DNA of 47,670 nucleotides, taken from IMG/VR virus record IMGVR_UViG_2627853701_000003; one strand, given 5' to 3'. Shown here piece by piece: positions 27,654 through 38,671 of this stretch (position 1 is its first letter; each line of letters starts with the position of its first letter). Under the pieces are notes generated by a model. That model did no database searches. It was not told where the DNA came from and saw nothing but the letters and a program-made list of their open reading frames with translations. The DNA is from a virus. Lineage: Duplodnaviria; Heunggongvirae; Uroviricota; Caudoviricetes. The position numbers and the translations under genes are program-made.

Positions 27654-29046
27654 AGACCGCCGCCGGTGGTACTGGCCGTGTCCGCACTGCGGGGAATATT
27701 TTCAGCCGGTGATGGATAACATGACCGGATACCGGAATAACCCGGATTTTGTGGCTGCCGGTCAGGCTGCCCGTCTGATGTGTCCGCATTGTCGCGGGCT
27801 GATTGCCCCTGAGCAGAAACGCGAACTGAATAACCAGGGGATCTGGCTTCGTGAAGGTGAACGGGCGGCGGCGGACGGCAGTATCACCGGAACGCCACGA
27901 AACTCCCGGATTGCGTCATTTTGGATGGAGGGGCCAGCTGCGGCGTTTCAGACCTGGGAACAACTGATTTTTAAACTGCTGGCGGCAGAAGAAGAGTATG
28001 AGCGAACCGGCAGTGAAGAGACCCTGAAAGCGGTGGTGAACACCGATATCGGACGACCCTATCTGCCCCGTTCAGCCACGGAACAGCGTAAAAGTGAACT
28101 GCTTGAACAGCGTGCCGAGCCGTTTCCCCGGCGATCTGTGCCGGATGGTGTGCGTTTTATTGAGGCAACGGTTGACGTACAGGGCGGTAAAAATCGCCGT
28201 TTTGTTGTGCAGATCACCGGATACGGAGAGCAGGGGGAACGCTGGATTGTTGATCGCTACAACATCCGGCATTCACTGCGCTGCAGTCCCAACGGTGAAA
28301 GTCTGCCGGTTGATCCGGCGGCATATCCGGAGGACTGGGATTTGTTGCTGACGGATGTGTTCCATAAAACATGGCCGCTGGCTTCTGATCCGGATGTGCG
28401 CATGCGTCTGATGGCCATGGCGGTGGATACGGGAGGGGAAGCCGGGGTGACAGATAACGCCTATCGTTTCTGGCGTCGTTGCCGGAGTGACGGACTGGGC
28501 AACAGGGTGTTTCTGTTCAAGGGGGATGGACTTCGCCGTGACAGGCTGATTAACCGAACCTTCCCGGATAATACCGGCAGAAGTGCCCGCCGTGCCAGAG
28601 CCAGTGGCGATGTCGCGCTGTGGCTGGTTCAGACGGATGCGTTTAAGGATCGTGTAAATAATGCCCTGTGGCGTGACACACCAGGGCCGAACTATATCCA
28701 CTTTCCCGACTGGCTGGGGCGGTGGTTTTACGATGAGCTGACCTATGAAGAGCGCGGCAGTGACGGAAAATGGCGAAAACCGGGCAGGGGCGCTAACGAA
28801 GCGTTTGACCTGCTGGTTTATGCGGATGCGCTTGCCGTTCTGCATGGTTACGAAAAGATCCGCTGGCCCTCCGCACCGGACTGGGCACAGCGGGAAACGT
28901 GGCTCGTCTTCCCGCAGGAGCGTTCTGGTGAAACGGTATCCCCGGAACTGACGGCCGGGGCAGAAAAACGCCGTCGCCGGAAGAAAAAACTGCGGACGGA
29001 GCGTGCGGAAGATAATCCATGGATAACATCAGGAGGCTGGTTGTGA
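27654..29046 (+). pseudogene. A: terminase large subunit (lambda gpA-like), N-terminally truncated
   Basis: Frame contains the CPHCG motif (WYWPCPHCGEYF) and a long gpA-like C-terminal body; it begins at the duplication junction with no N-terminal part and no small-terminase gene upstream. Confidence 0.7.
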
Positions 29047-29255
29047 GCACAGAAGAAGCCAGAGAAATGATACAGCGGTACCGTGAAGCGGAAATGGCCG
29101 TACTGGAGGGAAAGTCTGTCATCTTCAACGGGCAGCAACTGACGCTGGAAAGCCTTTCTCAGATCCGCGCCGGACGTCAGGAGTGGGAACGCAGGCTTGC
29201 CGCGATGGTGAGCCGCAGGCGGGGAAAACCGGGATTTAAACTGGCGAGGTTTTAA
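29019..29255 (+). CDS. W: head-tail joining protein W
   Basis: 78 aa ending ...SRRRGKPGFKLARF, similar to the lambda gpW C-terminus (..QRRRGPAGFYV); lies between terminase and portal as in lambda. Confidence 0.55.
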   Translation: MDNIRRLVVSTEEAREMIQRYREAEMAVLEGKSVIFNGQQLTLESLSQIRAGRQEWERRLAAMVSRRRGKPGFKLARF

Positions 29256-30757
29256 TGGCAATTATTGATGATGTGATCGGCGTGTTTTCCCCCGGGTGGA
29301 AAGCAGCCAGACTGCGTTCAAGGGCGTTAATCATGGCCTATGAGGCGGTGAAACCGACCCGGACACATAAAGCCCGGCGGGAAAATCGCTCTGCTGATCA
29401 GCTCAGTAAATACGGTGCGGTTTCCCTGCGGGAGCAGGCCCGTTTTCTGGATATCAATCATGACCTGGTGATTGGTGTGTTTGACAAGCTGGAAGAGCGG
29501 GTGATTGGTGCCAGGGGAATTATTGTGGAGCCTCAGCCATTACGAAAAAACGGGGAAATGGCGGCTGAGCTGGCTGCGGATATCCGCCGTTTGTGGGCTG
29601 AATGGTCCGTGAGTCCGGATGTGACAGGGCAGTATACCCGTCCTGTGCTTGAACGTTTACTGCTGCGGACCTGGCTGCGGGATGGTGAAGTGTTTGCGCA
29701 GATGGTCAGTGGTGCGGGAAACGGTCTGGAACGGACGGCGGGAGTGCCATTCTGGCTTGAGGCGATGGAGCCGGATTTTGTTCCCATGCGCACTGATGAA
29801 TCCGCCGGACTGAATCAGGGGGTTTTTCTTGATGAGTGGGGAAGACCGAAAAAATATCTGGTTTATAAAAATTATCCGGTCAGCGGCCGGCAGAGTGATA
29901 CGAAAGAAATCGCTGCCGGAAAAATGATCCACCTGAAGTTCACTCGTCGTCTGCATCAGACGCGAGGCTCATCCATGTTATCGGGGGTGCTGATGCGGAT
30001 CAGTGCCCTTAAGGAGTATGAGGATGCGGAACTGACAGCGGCGCGTATTGCTGCGGCGCTGGGACTGTATATCCGTAAAGGTGACGGACAGGACTATGAA
30101 GATCCGGGGATCAAAGAGACCGAGCGGGAAGTCCATATCACCCCGGGTATTATTTATGACGATTTGCGCAAGGGCGAGGATATCGGCATGGTCAAATCTG
30201 ACCGTCCCAATCCCAACCTTGAAACTTTCCGCAACGGCCAGTTGCGTGCAGTGGCAGCAGGCAGTCGTCTGAGTTTTTCCAGTGCGGCGCGTAACTATAA
30301 CGGCACCTACAGCGCCCAGCGGCAGGAGCTGGTCGAGTCCACGGATGGTTACCTGATCCTGCAGGACTGTTTTATTGGCGCGGTAACCCGCCCGGTGTAC
30401 CGGACATGGCTGAATATGGTGGTTGCGGCAGGTCTGCTGAAAATTCCGGCGGATGTGGAGATGAAAACGCTATATAACGCGACGTATTCCGGTCCGGTGA
30501 TGCCGTGGATCGACCCGGTTAAGGAAGCTGAAGCCTGGAGAATTCAGATCCGGGGTGGTGCAGCGACAGAATCTGACTGGGTGCGTGCCGGTGGGCGCAA
30601 TCCGGATGAGGTCAAACGTCGCCGCAAGGCTGAAATTGATGAAAACAGCAGACTGGGGCTGGTCTTTGATACTGACCCCGTCAACGACAAAGGAGGCAAC
30701 AGTGCCGGAACTGAACGACAGTATCAGCGCGACACCGAAAGCCAGCATGAAGAATAA
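29255..30757 (+). CDS. B: portal protein (lambda gpB-like)
   Basis: 500-aa ORF directly after W and before the protease-capsid gene. Confidence 0.8.
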   Translation: MAIIDDVIGVFSPGWKAARLRSRALIMAYEAVKPTRTHKARRENRSADQLSKYGAVSLREQARFLDINHDLVIGVFDKLEERVIGARGIIVEPQPLRKNGEMAAELAADIRRLWAEWSVSPDVTGQYTRPVLERLLLRTWLRDGEVFAQMVSGAGNGLERTAGVPFWLEAMEPDFVPMRTDESAGLNQGVFLDEWGRPKKYLVYKNYPVSGRQSDTKEIAAGKMIHLKFTRRLHQTRGSSMLSGVLMRISALKEYEDAELTAARIAAALGLYIRKGDGQDYEDPGIKETEREVHITPGIIYDDLRKGEDIGMVKSDRPNPNLETFRNGQLRAVAAGSRLSFSSAARNYNGTYSAQRQELVESTDGYLILQDCFIGAVTRPVYRTWLNMVVAAGLLKIPADVEMKTLYNATYSGPVMPWIDPVKEAEAWRIQIRGGAATESDWVRAGGRNPDEVKRRRKAEIDENSRLGLVFDTDPVNDKGGNSAGTERQYQRDTESQHEE

Positions 30758-32726
30758 ATCCTGGTTCAGGATGCAAGCTGGGGGGCCGGGTGACGCGGAT
30801 ATTTATATTTATGACGAGATTGGTTTCTGGGGAGTTACCGCGAAGCAGTTTGTCAGCGAACTGAATGCACTGGGTGATATCACCCACATTAATCTCCATA
30901 TCAATTCACCGGGTGGCGATGTCTTTGAAGGCATCGCCATTTTTAATGCCCTGAAAAATCAGGGGGCGACCATTACCGTGTATGTGGATGGCGTTGCCGC
31001 CTCGATGGCATCTGTGATTGCGATGGCCGGTGATACGGTCATTATGCCGGAAAATGCCTTCATGATGATCCATAAGCCATGGGGATTCAGTGGCGGGGAT
31101 GCTGAGGATATGCGCAGTTATGCCGATTTGCTGGATAAAGTCGAATCGGTACTGTTGCCAGCCTATGCGCAGAAAACCGGAAAAACCACCGATGAAATTG
31201 CCGCCATGCTGGCGGATGAAACCTGGATGTCCGGTGCCGAATGTCTGGCACACGGATTTGCTGACCAGGTGACACCCGCTGTTGAGGCAATGGCATGTAT
31301 TCAGTCAAAACGTACAGAGGAATTTAAAAAGATGCCGGAATCCATCCGAAACATGATTACTCCGCCACGCAACAGTGCCCCGCGTGATACCACAGTGACA
31401 ATCCCTGCACCGGCGGTAACAGAACCATCACCGGTACCGGCAGTGTCTGATGAGGCGACCATTCGCGCCCGCGTTATGGCTGAGCAGAAAGCCCGCATGT
31501 CAGGCATTAACGATCTGTTTGCCATGTTCGGCGGTCGCTATCAGACGCTTCAGGCACAGTGCGTGGCTGATCCTGACTGTTCGCTGGAAATGGCCCGTGA
31601 ACGTCTGCTGAATGAAATGGGCAAGGAGTCCTCGCCGACCAACAAAAATACACCGGCCCATATTTATGCCGGAAACGGCAATTTTGTGGGGGACGGGATC
31701 CGCCAGGCGATGCTGGCCCGTGCCGGATTTGAAAATGTCGAGAAGGATAACGCCTATAACGGGATGACCCTGCGTGAATGGGCTCGCATGTCACTGACGG
31801 AGCGCGGTATTGGGGTGGCCAGTTATAACCCCATGCAGATGGTCGGGCTGGCGCTGACGCACAGCACCTCTGATTTTGGCAATATTCTGCTGGATGTGTC
31901 GAACAAGGGGCTGATCCAGGGCTGGGAGGAATCAGAAGAAACCTTCCAGAAGTGGACCCGTAAGGGACGCCTGTCAGACTTCAAAACAGCGTATCGCGTG
32001 GGGATGGGCGGTTTTGGTTCTCTGCGCCAGGTTCGTGAGGGGGCGGAGTATAAATACATCACCACCTCAGATCGCAAGGAGACCATTGCACTGGCAACTT
32101 ACGGGGAGATTTTCTCCATCACCCGCCAGGCCATTATCAATGATGATCTGAATATGCTGGTGGACGTGCCGATGAAGATGGGGCGTGCGGCGAAGGCAAC
32201 GATTGGTGACCTGGTCTACAAGGTGCTGACGGATAACCCGAAACTGTCCGACGGTAAGGCGCTGTTCCATGCCGATCACAAAAATATTGCCACCGGGGGG
32301 ATCTCCGTTTCCGGACTGGATGCGGCCCGTCAGATGATGCGCCTGCAGAAAGAAGGCGATCGTGCCCTGAATATCCGTCCGGCCTTTATGCTGGTACCGG
32401 TGGCACTGGAGACGGTGGCGAACCAGACCATCAAATCGGCCAGTGTGAAAGGGGCGGATGCAAACGCCGGTGTCATTAACCCTATCCAGAACTTTGCTGA
32501 GGTGATTGCAGAAGCGCGTCTTGATGCGGCAGACCCGAAAACCTGGTATCTGGCGGCGGCACAGGGCACTGACACCATTGAAGTGGCCTGGCTGGATGGT
32601 GTGGACACGCCATACATTGATCAGCAGGAAGGTTTCACCACTGACGGCATTGCCACAAAAATCCGTATTGATGCCGGAGTGGCACCACTTGACTGGCGCG
32701 GGCTGGTGCGTTCGTCGGTGGCCTGA
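30747..32726 (+). CDS. prohead protease (ClpP/S49-like) fused to scaffold and HK97-fold major capsid protein
   Basis: From ATG 30747 overlapping the portal stop: N-terminal protease-like region (ADIYIYDEIGFWGV ... SPGGDVFEGIAIFNAL), Ala/Pro-rich linker, C-terminal capsid-like region; the track ORF starts earlier at 30555. Confidence 0.75.
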   Translation: MKNKSWFRMQAGGPGDADIYIYDEIGFWGVTAKQFVSELNALGDITHINLHINSPGGDVFEGIAIFNALKNQGATITVYVDGVAASMASVIAMAGDTVIMPENAFMMIHKPWGFSGGDAEDMRSYADLLDKVESVLLPAYAQKTGKTTDEIAAMLADETWMSGAECLAHGFADQVTPAVEAMACIQSKRTEEFKKMPESIRNMITPPRNSAPRDTTVTIPAPAVTEPSPVPAVSDEATIRARVMAEQKARMSGINDLFAMFGGRYQTLQAQCVADPDCSLEMARERLLNEMGKESSPTNKNTPAHIYAGNGNFVGDGIRQAMLARAGFENVEKDNAYNGMTLREWARMSLTERGIGVASYNPMQMVGLALTHSTSDFGNILLDVSNKGLIQGWEESEETFQKWTRKGRLSDFKTAYRVGMGGFGSLRQVREGAEYKYITTSDRKETIALATYGEIFSITRQAIINDDLNMLVDVPMKMGRAAKATIGDLVYKVLTDNPKLSDGKALFHADHKNIATGGISVSGLDAARQMMRLQKEGDRALNIRPAFMLVPVALETVANQTIKSASVKGADANAGVINPIQNFAEVIAEARLDAADPKTWYLAAAQGTDTIEVAWLDGVDTPYIDQQEGFTTDGIATKIRIDAGVAPLDWRGLVRSSVA

Positions 32727-32813
32727 TAACCGCGTTATCACAATCACTGCCCGAAAGGGCTTTTTTTATGCCTGAAAAACAGCCCCACAGGGGCTGTCCG
32801 GAGAAACAGCATT

Positions 32814-33140
32814 ATGGCGAAAAATTTTGTACAGGACGGTACCACCATTGAACTGGTGAATGCCGGAGATCAGACCATCCTGAGCGGTGCTGCGGTGGTG
32901 GTCGGCAGTATGGTGGCCGTGGCCATTACCGATATTCCTGCCGGTGAGGCCGGTGACGGTTTTGCCGAAGGCGTGTTCCTGCTGCCCAAACAGTCTGCTG
33001 ACGACATTCAGTCCGGCGCGGTGGTTTATCTGAAGGACGGGGTTGTGCAGCTGGCTGCAGACGGTGCGGTGGCAGCGGGGGTAGCCTGGGAAAATGCCCC
33101 TGCAAACAGCGCCACTGTGGCGGTAAAAATCAATGTCTGA
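32814..33140 (+). CDS. DUF2190-like head protein (possible decoration/cement)
   Basis: 108-aa Gly/Ala/Val-rich ORF directly after the capsid gene. Confidence 0.4.
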   Translation: MAKNFVQDGTTIELVNAGDQTILSGAAVVVGSMVAVAITDIPAGEAGDGFAEGVFLLPKQSADDIQSGAVVYLKDGVVQLAADGAVAAGVAWENAPANSATVAVKINV

Positions 33141-33414
33141 TCTGTTTACGCGAATGTGTTGCCGGATGGACGTGGCGACCGTTCGGGTGATGGGCAAACA
33201 GGCGGAGATTAACGGCGTCGTGTACGACGTGATGCCGGAGGAAGAGTCCGCGGAGATGGGGGCGCTTTCGGGCAGCCAGTTGTCACTGGTGGTGTTTTCA
33301 GCCCGGTACCGTCCGGCCCGTCATGATGTTGTTGTGTTTGCGGGGCGCACACTGACGGTGACCCGTTATGACACGTACAACGGTAAACCCCGGATTTTTG
33401 TCGAACAGGAATGA
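33133..33414 (+). CDS. head-tail connector (FII-like)
   Basis: 93-aa ORF between the head genes and Z, loosely resembling lambda FII. Confidence 0.4.
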   Translation: MSDLFTRMCCRMDVATVRVMGKQAEINGVVYDVMPEEESAEMGALSGSQLSLVVFSARYRPARHDVVVFAGRTLTVTRYDTYNGKPRIFVEQE

Positions 33415-34040
33415 GTATGGCAATAAAAGGTCTGGCGCAGGCCATGAAAAATCTGGATGCAATTGATCGCCGTGCCGTTCCCCGGGCCTCTGCCACGACA
33501 CTGAACCGAGTGGCGGGGGCCATTATTGCGAAAACGGCCTCTTCAGTTGCCAGGGAGCTGGCCGTTCCCCGTCGTCTTATCCGTGCCCGCATCCGGTTAA
33601 GTCCGGCACGACCGGATAAGGTTTACGCAAAGGTTTACATCAATACCGGCAACCTGCCCGCCATCAAACTGGGGGAGGCCCGCGTTCGACTTTCCCGCAG
33701 AAAACGGAGAAAGAAAGGACAGCGTGCGGCCCTGAAAGGGGGCGGCAGTGTGCTGATTGTGGGGAAAAGACGGATCCCGGACGCCTTTATCACCCGGCTG
33801 GCTAACGGACGCTGGCATGTGATGCAGCGTATGCCGTGGGCATCATCATCCACCGGCGCGGACAGCAAAGGGAGGCCGAAACGCCACCGTCTGCCGATCG
33901 AAGTGGTGAAGATTACGACTGCCGGACCGCTGGCAGAAACCTTTGAACGTGAACGGGACCGGATGTACCGGGAAAAATTACCGGCGCAGATGATGAAAGC
34001 CATGACGCATCAGTTACGCCTGGTGCTGAAAAGAAAATGA
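33411..34040 (+). CDS. Z: minor tail protein Z
   Basis: MSMAIKGLAQAMKNLDAIDRRAVPRASATTLNRVAG...SRRKRRKKGQRAALKGGGSVLIVGKRRIPDAFI..NGRWHVMQR matches lambda gpZ. Confidence 0.85.
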   Translation: MSMAIKGLAQAMKNLDAIDRRAVPRASATTLNRVAGAIIAKTASSVARELAVPRRLIRARIRLSPARPDKVYAKVYINTGNLPAIKLGEARVRLSRRKRRKKGQRAALKGGGSVLIVGKRRIPDAFITRLANGRWHVMQRMPWASSSTGADSKGRPKRHRLPIEVVKITTAGPLAETFERERDRMYREKLPAQMMKAMTHQLRLVLKRK

Positions 34041-34052
34041 CTGGGAGGGTGT

Positions 34053-34451
34053 ATGAAACACCGTGAAATACGGGCGGCAGTTCTGTCTGCCCTGAAAGAA
34101 AATATTTCTGAGAGGGTGAGCTGGTTTGACGGTCGCCCGGTTTTTATTGATGAACAGGAACTGCCTGCTGTTGCTGTTTACCTGACAGATGCGTCTGCTG
34201 CTGACGAGTTCGTTGATGAGGGAACCTGGGAGGCGACACTGCATATTGAGGTTTTTCTCAGGGCAAAAGAACCGGACTCGGCACTGGATATGTGGATGGA
34301 AGAAAAAATTCTTCCTGCGCTGGAGGCAGTTCCCGGGCTCAGTGCATTACTGCTGAAGATGAATCTTCAGGGGTATGACTACCGCCGGGATGATGAGTTT
34401 ATGATGTGGGGATCGGCAGATCTCCTGTGGAAAATTACCTACGAGATGTGA
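34053..34451 (+). CDS. U: tail terminator protein U
   Basis: [17 protein letters not shown]...LHIEVFL...[22 protein letters not shown] matches lambda gpU. Confidence 0.9.
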   Translation: MKHREIRAAVLSALKENISERVSWFDGRPVFIDEQELPAVAVYLTDASAADEFVDEGTWEATLHIEVFLRAKEPDSALDMWMEEKILPALEAVPGLSALLLKMNLQGYDYRRDDEFMMWGSADLLWKITYEM

Positions 34452-34458
34452 GGACGAT

Positions 34459-35211
34459 ATGGCAACACCAAATCCCCTTGAGCCGGTAAAAGGTGCCGGT
34501 ACCACTCTGTGGGTTTACAACGGCAAGGGTGATGCTTATGCAAACCCGTTGTCAGACGATGACTGGCAGCGACTGGCTAAGGTGAAGGATCTGACGCCGG
34601 GCGAGATGACGGCAGAACCCTACGATGATAACTACCTGGATGATGAAGACGCGGACTGGACCGCGACCGGGCAGGGGCAGAAGTCTGCAGGAGATACCAG
34701 TTTTACGCTGGCCTGGAAACCGGGAGAAGAAGGTCAGAAAGGGCTTATAGGCTGGTTTGAAAGCGGGGATGTGCGGGCCTATAAAATCCGTTTCCCAAAT
34801 GGCACGGTGGATGTGTTCCGTGGCTGGGTCAGCAGTATCGGTAAGGCCGTGACGGCGAAAGAAGTGATCACCCGCACGGTGAAAGTCACTAACGTGGGCA
34901 AACCTTCCGTGGCGGAAGAACGCAGCGAAATTACGCCGGCCACTGCAATTAAGGTGACACCGACATCCGGTACGGTGGCAAAAGGGAAAACAACCACCCT
35001 GACGGTTTCTTTTGAGCCGGAAAGTGCAACCGACAAGACGTTCAGAGCGGTTTCCGCCGATCCGTCGAAAGCCACCATTAGTGTGAAAGATATGACAATT
35101 ACGGTAAACGGCGTGGCGACAGGTAAGGTGCAGATCCCTGTGGTGAGCGGAAATGGTCAGTTCGCCGCAGTGGCTGAAGTCACCGTTACTGAAGCGGGCG
35201 CTGCAGGGTAA
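34459..35211 (+). CDS. V: major tail protein V with C-terminal Ig-like domain
   Basis: [82 protein letters not shown]... near-identical to lambda gpV. Confidence 0.95.
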   Translation: MATPNPLEPVKGAGTTLWVYNGKGDAYANPLSDDDWQRLAKVKDLTPGEMTAEPYDDNYLDDEDADWTATGQGQKSAGDTSFTLAWKPGEEGQKGLIGWFESGDVRAYKIRFPNGTVDVFRGWVSSIGKAVTAKEVITRTVKVTNVGKPSVAEERSEITPATAIKVTPTSGTVAKGKTTTLTVSFEPESATDKTFRAVSADPSKATISVKDMTITVNGVATGKVQIPVVSGNGQFAAVAEVTVTEAGAAG

Positions 35212-35224
35212 ACGGAGGTAATAC

Positions 35225-35647
35225 ATGTTTCTGAAAACAGAACAATTTGAATATAACGGTGTGTCCGTCACGCTTTCCGAATTGTCTGCGCTGCAGCGGT
35301 TTGATTATATAAAGTTTGTTTCAGACGCAGAACAACAGGAGACAACGAAGCATGATGTCGTGCACATTAACCAGCGATATCTGGAAACGGCATCCCTGCT
35401 TGTGGCGATGTCGCTATGGCATTCCCATTCCCTCAAAGGCACTCTGGCCTCTCCGGAGACAGAGATGCAGCAGATCCGCCGTGAAGTGATGCTGGGATGG
35501 CCTGCTGATGCACTGAATCAGGCAACGAACCGGGTGCTTTATCTTTCAGGTATGCTGGATAACCGGCACGATGCCGATCCTGAACCAACCGGGAAAACAG
35601 AAGCGACTGAGCCGGTAACATCAAAAAAGCATTCGAAGGCGAGCTGA
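35225..35647 (+). CDS. G: tail assembly chaperone G
   Basis: 140-aa ORF directly after V; its 3' end carries an A-AAA-AAG slippery heptamer. Confidence 0.8.
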   Translation: MFLKTEQFEYNGVSVTLSELSALQRFDYIKFVSDAEQQETTKHDVVHINQRYLETASLLVAMSLWHSHSLKGTLASPETEMQQIRREVMLGWPADALNQATNRVLYLSGMLDNRHDADPEPTGKTEATEPVTSKKHSKAS

Positions 35648-35982
35648 ACTTTGTCCTGAAACTGGCGCGTGAGATGGAGAGAGCCGACTGGCGCGCCATG
35701 CTTGCCGGGATGACATCCACCGAATATGCCGACTGGCGACGTTTTTACTGCACGCATTATTTTCAGGATACCCAGCTGGATATGCATTTTTCCGGGCTGA
35801 TGTACGCCGTACTCAGCCTGTTTTTTTGCGATCCGGATATGCATCCGGCGGATTTCAGCCTGTTCGCTCCGGAGGCAGAGGAAGGACAGGCGGAGACGCC
35901 GGACGAAAATGATGTACTGATGCAGAAGGCGGCGGGCCTCGCCGGTGGAGTCCGTTTCGGGGAGGAGGGAAGGAGGTTGTGA
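35617..35982 (+). CDS. T: T frame of the G-T programmed -1 frameshift product
   Basis: The -1 frame from the slippery site (about 35617-35623) reads KKAFEGELNFVLKLAREMERADWRAML... into the 35674-35982 ORF; same arrangement as lambda G/GT. Confidence 0.7.
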   Translation, partial: NIKKAFEGELNFVLKLAREMERADWRAMLAGMTSTEYADWRRFYCTHYFQDTQLDMHFSGLMYAVLSLFFCDPDMHPADFSLFAPEAEEGQAETPDENDVLMQKAAGLAGGVRFGEEGRRL

Positions 35983-36016
35983 CAGTTATTGATGGTATCA
36001 GAGGACATTTCAGGAG

Positions 36017-38671
36017 GTGACCACGATGGCAGGTAATTTTGCCGATCTGACAGCCGTGCTGACACTGGATTCTGCCCGTTTTTCTGAAGAGGCAGCGCGG
36101 GTAAAAAAAGAGCTGGGTGAAACCAGTGCGCTTGCTGATTTGATGTCCGGGAAAGTCAGTCAGTCTTTCAGAAAACAGGCTGATGCTGCTGAGCAGAGTC
36201 TGAGCCGACAGGCGCTGGCTGCACAAAAAGCCGGGATATCAGTCGGACAGTATAAGGCTGCCATGCGCACACTGCCCGCACAGTTCACGGATATTGTCAC
36301 TCAGCTTGCCGGTGGTCAGAATCCCTTCCTTATCATGCTGCAGCAGGGGGGGCAGATCAGCGATTCATTCGGTGGACCGCTCAGCCTGCTTACCCTGCTG
36401 AAGGAGGAACTTCTCGGGATCAGGGATGCCTCTGAATCATCAGAGGAGTCGCTGTCAGATACGGCAAATGCACTGGCTGAAAATGCCCGGAATGCCGGTG
36501 AGCTGGGACGATTTATGTCGGTGGCCCGTGTGGCGGCAGGTGGCGGGGTTGCCGTACTGGCCGCGCTTGCTGCCGCCGCCTGGCAGGCAGAGCAGGCTGA
36601 CCGGGCCTTATTGCGTTCACTGACCCTGACCGGAGGGGCTGCTGCCACCACAACGGCAGAATTGTGGAAAATGGCCGGGGTGATCAGCGATGAAGCCGGT
36701 GGTGGTATCAGACAGGCGGCAGAAAATCTGGCCCGTCTGGCAGAAAGCGGGAAATATACCGCCGGGCAGCTACGGATCATGGGGGAAACCTCTCAGAGAT
36801 GGCTGCAGACGGTGGGGGACGATGCCGGGAAGGTGGAAAAAGCCTTTGAAGGGATTGCAGCAGATCCGGTGAAGGCGCTGGCCTCCCTGAATCAGCAGTA
36901 TAACTTCCTGAGCGTTTCCCAGTTACGCCATATTGATGAGCTTGAGCGCACGAAAGGTAAACAGGCTGCGGTGACGGAGGCGATGTCCCTGTTTGCGGAT
37001 GTCATGAATGCACGTCTGGAGCAACTTGATAAAGCGGCCACGCCGGTGGAAAAAATCTGGGACGATGTTAAAACCTGGACTTCTGACGCATGGGCATGGA
37101 TAGGTGATCATACACTGGGGGCACTCAGTCTGATCACTGACGTGGTGGCAGGAACCGTTGAACAGGTGAAGCTGCTGCTTGTGCAGGGGGATCTGGCGCT
37201 GGCTGAATTTATTCAGTCAGCCTGGGAAACGACAAAGAATGTGCCCGGCGTTGGTGCGTTGTTTGGTGAACTGGCAGAAGAGAACCGCGTATTTATTGAG
37301 AAAACAAAACGAGATGAACTGGCGCTGAGAAAATCCATTGCGGAACGGGATGCGCGTATACGCCAGGGGGAAATGGGGTACATCAACCGTTCGCGTGCAA
37401 CAGGCGTCAGCAAAGGTCCGGGGCAGCAGGAAGCCGTCAGCCGTCTGGCTGAAGAGCTGACAGGTAAAAAGCATACATCACCGAAAACGCGCTCTGCCGG
37501 GGAGAGGGAAGAGGAGCAGGCAAGAGAGGCTCTGCTTGCCCTTGAAGCTGAGCTCAGGACGCTGGAAAAACACAGCGGTGCGAATGAGAAAATCAGCCGG
37601 CAGCGCCGTGATTTATGGAAGGCGGAAAGTCAGTATGCGGTCCTGAAAGAGGCTGCCACGAAACGACAGTTATCTGAGCAGGAAAAATCCCTGCTGGCGC
37701 ATAAAGACGAGACGCTGGAGTACAAACGCCAGCTGGCTGAGCTGGGCGACAAGGTTGAATACCAGAAACGCCTGAATGAGCTGGCACAGCAGGCGGTGCG
37801 GTTTGAAGAGCAGCAGAGCGCGAAGCAGGCCGCCATCAGCGCAAAAGCCCGCGGTCTCACTGACCGTCAGGCGCAGCGGGAGTCTGAAGCGCAGCGTCTT
37901 CGGGACGTGTACGGTGATAATCCGGCTGCGCTGGCGAAGGCCACATCGGCACTGAAGAACACCTGGTCTGCGGAGGAGCAGCTTCGTGGAAGCTGGATGG
38001 CCGGGCTGAAGTCCGGCTGGGGCGAGTGGGCGGAAAGTGCGACGGACAGTTTTTCGCAGGTTAAAAGTGCTGCCACGCAGACCTTTGACGGTATTGCACA
38101 GAATATGGCGGCGATGCTGACCGGTGCAGAGGCAGACTGGCGGGGATTCACCCGTTCGGTGCTGTCCATGATGACAGAAATCCTGCTTAAACAGGCCATG
38201 GTGGGCATTGTCGGGCGTATCGGCAGCGCCATTGGCGGTGCTTTCGGTGGTGGTGCGTCTGCCTCCACGGGGACGGCCATTCAGGCTGCGGCGGCGAACT
38301 TCCATTTCGCGACCGGGGGATTTACGGGGACGGGGGGTAAATATGAACCTGCGGGAATTGTTCATCGCGGGGAGTTTGTCTTCACGAAGGAGGCAACCAG
38401 CCGGATTGGCGTCGGCAACCTGTACCGCCTGATGCGGGGCTATGCGGAAGGGGGTTATGTGGGCGGTGCCGGAAGTCCGGCGCAGATGCGGCGGACGGAA
38501 GGCATTAATTTTAATCAGAACAATCACGTGGTGATTCAGAACGACGGCACCAACGGACAGGCGGGGCCGCAGCTGATGAAGGCGGTGTATGACATGGCCC
38601 GCAAGGGGGCGCAGGATGAGCTCCGGCTGCAGTTGCGTGATGGCGGTATGTTATCGGGGAGCAGGCGATGA
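36017..38671 (+). CDS. H: tail tape measure protein H
   Basis: 884-aa ORF, coiled-coil-rich with Gly-rich C-terminal part, between G-T and M. Confidence 0.9.
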   Translation: MTTMAGNFADLTAVLTLDSARFSEEAARVKKELGETSALADLMSGKVSQSFRKQADAAEQSLSRQALAAQKAGISVGQYKAAMRTLPAQFTDIVTQLAGGQNPFLIMLQQGGQISDSFGGPLSLLTLLKEELLGIRDASESSEESLSDTANALAENARNAGELGRFMSVARVAAGGGVAVLAALAAAAWQAEQADRALLRSLTLTGGAAATTTAELWKMAGVISDEAGGGIRQAAENLARLAESGKYTAGQLRIMGETSQRWLQTVGDDAGKVEKAFEGIAADPVKALASLNQQYNFLSVSQLRHIDELERTKGKQAAVTEAMSLFADVMNARLEQLDKAATPVEKIWDDVKTWTSDAWAWIGDHTLGALSLITDVVAGTVEQVKLLLVQGDLALAEFIQSAWETTKNVPGVGALFGELAEENRVFIEKTKRDELALRKSIAERDARIRQGEMGYINRSRATGVSKGPGQQEAVSRLAEELTGKKHTSPKTRSAGEREEEQAREALLALEAELRTLEKHSGANEKISRQRRDLWKAESQYAVLKEAATKRQLSEQEKSLLAHKDETLEYKRQLAELGDKVEYQKRLNELAQQAVRFEEQQSAKQAAISAKARGLTDRQAQRESEAQRLRDVYGDNPAALAKATSALKNTWSAEEQLRGSWMAGLKSGWGEWAESATDSFSQVKSAATQTFDGIAQNMAAMLTGAEADWRGFTRSVLSMMTEILLKQAMVGIVGRIGSAIGGAFGGGASASTGTAIQAAAANFHFATGGFTGTGGKYEPAGIVHRGEFVFTKEATSRIGVGNLYRLMRGYAEGGYVGGAGSPAQMRRTEGINFNQNNHVVIQNDGTNGQAGPQLMKAVYDMARKGAQDELRLQLRDGGMLSGSRR

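Noticed and set aside
37670-38527. 285-aa minus-strand ORF, and similar long antisense ORFs at 42957-43736, 45693-46553 and 46160-47068
   Set aside because: Fully embedded antisense to strongly supported genes (H, J, collagen-repeat fibre); the repeat-rich, GC-biased coding sequence yields long stop-free antisense frames.
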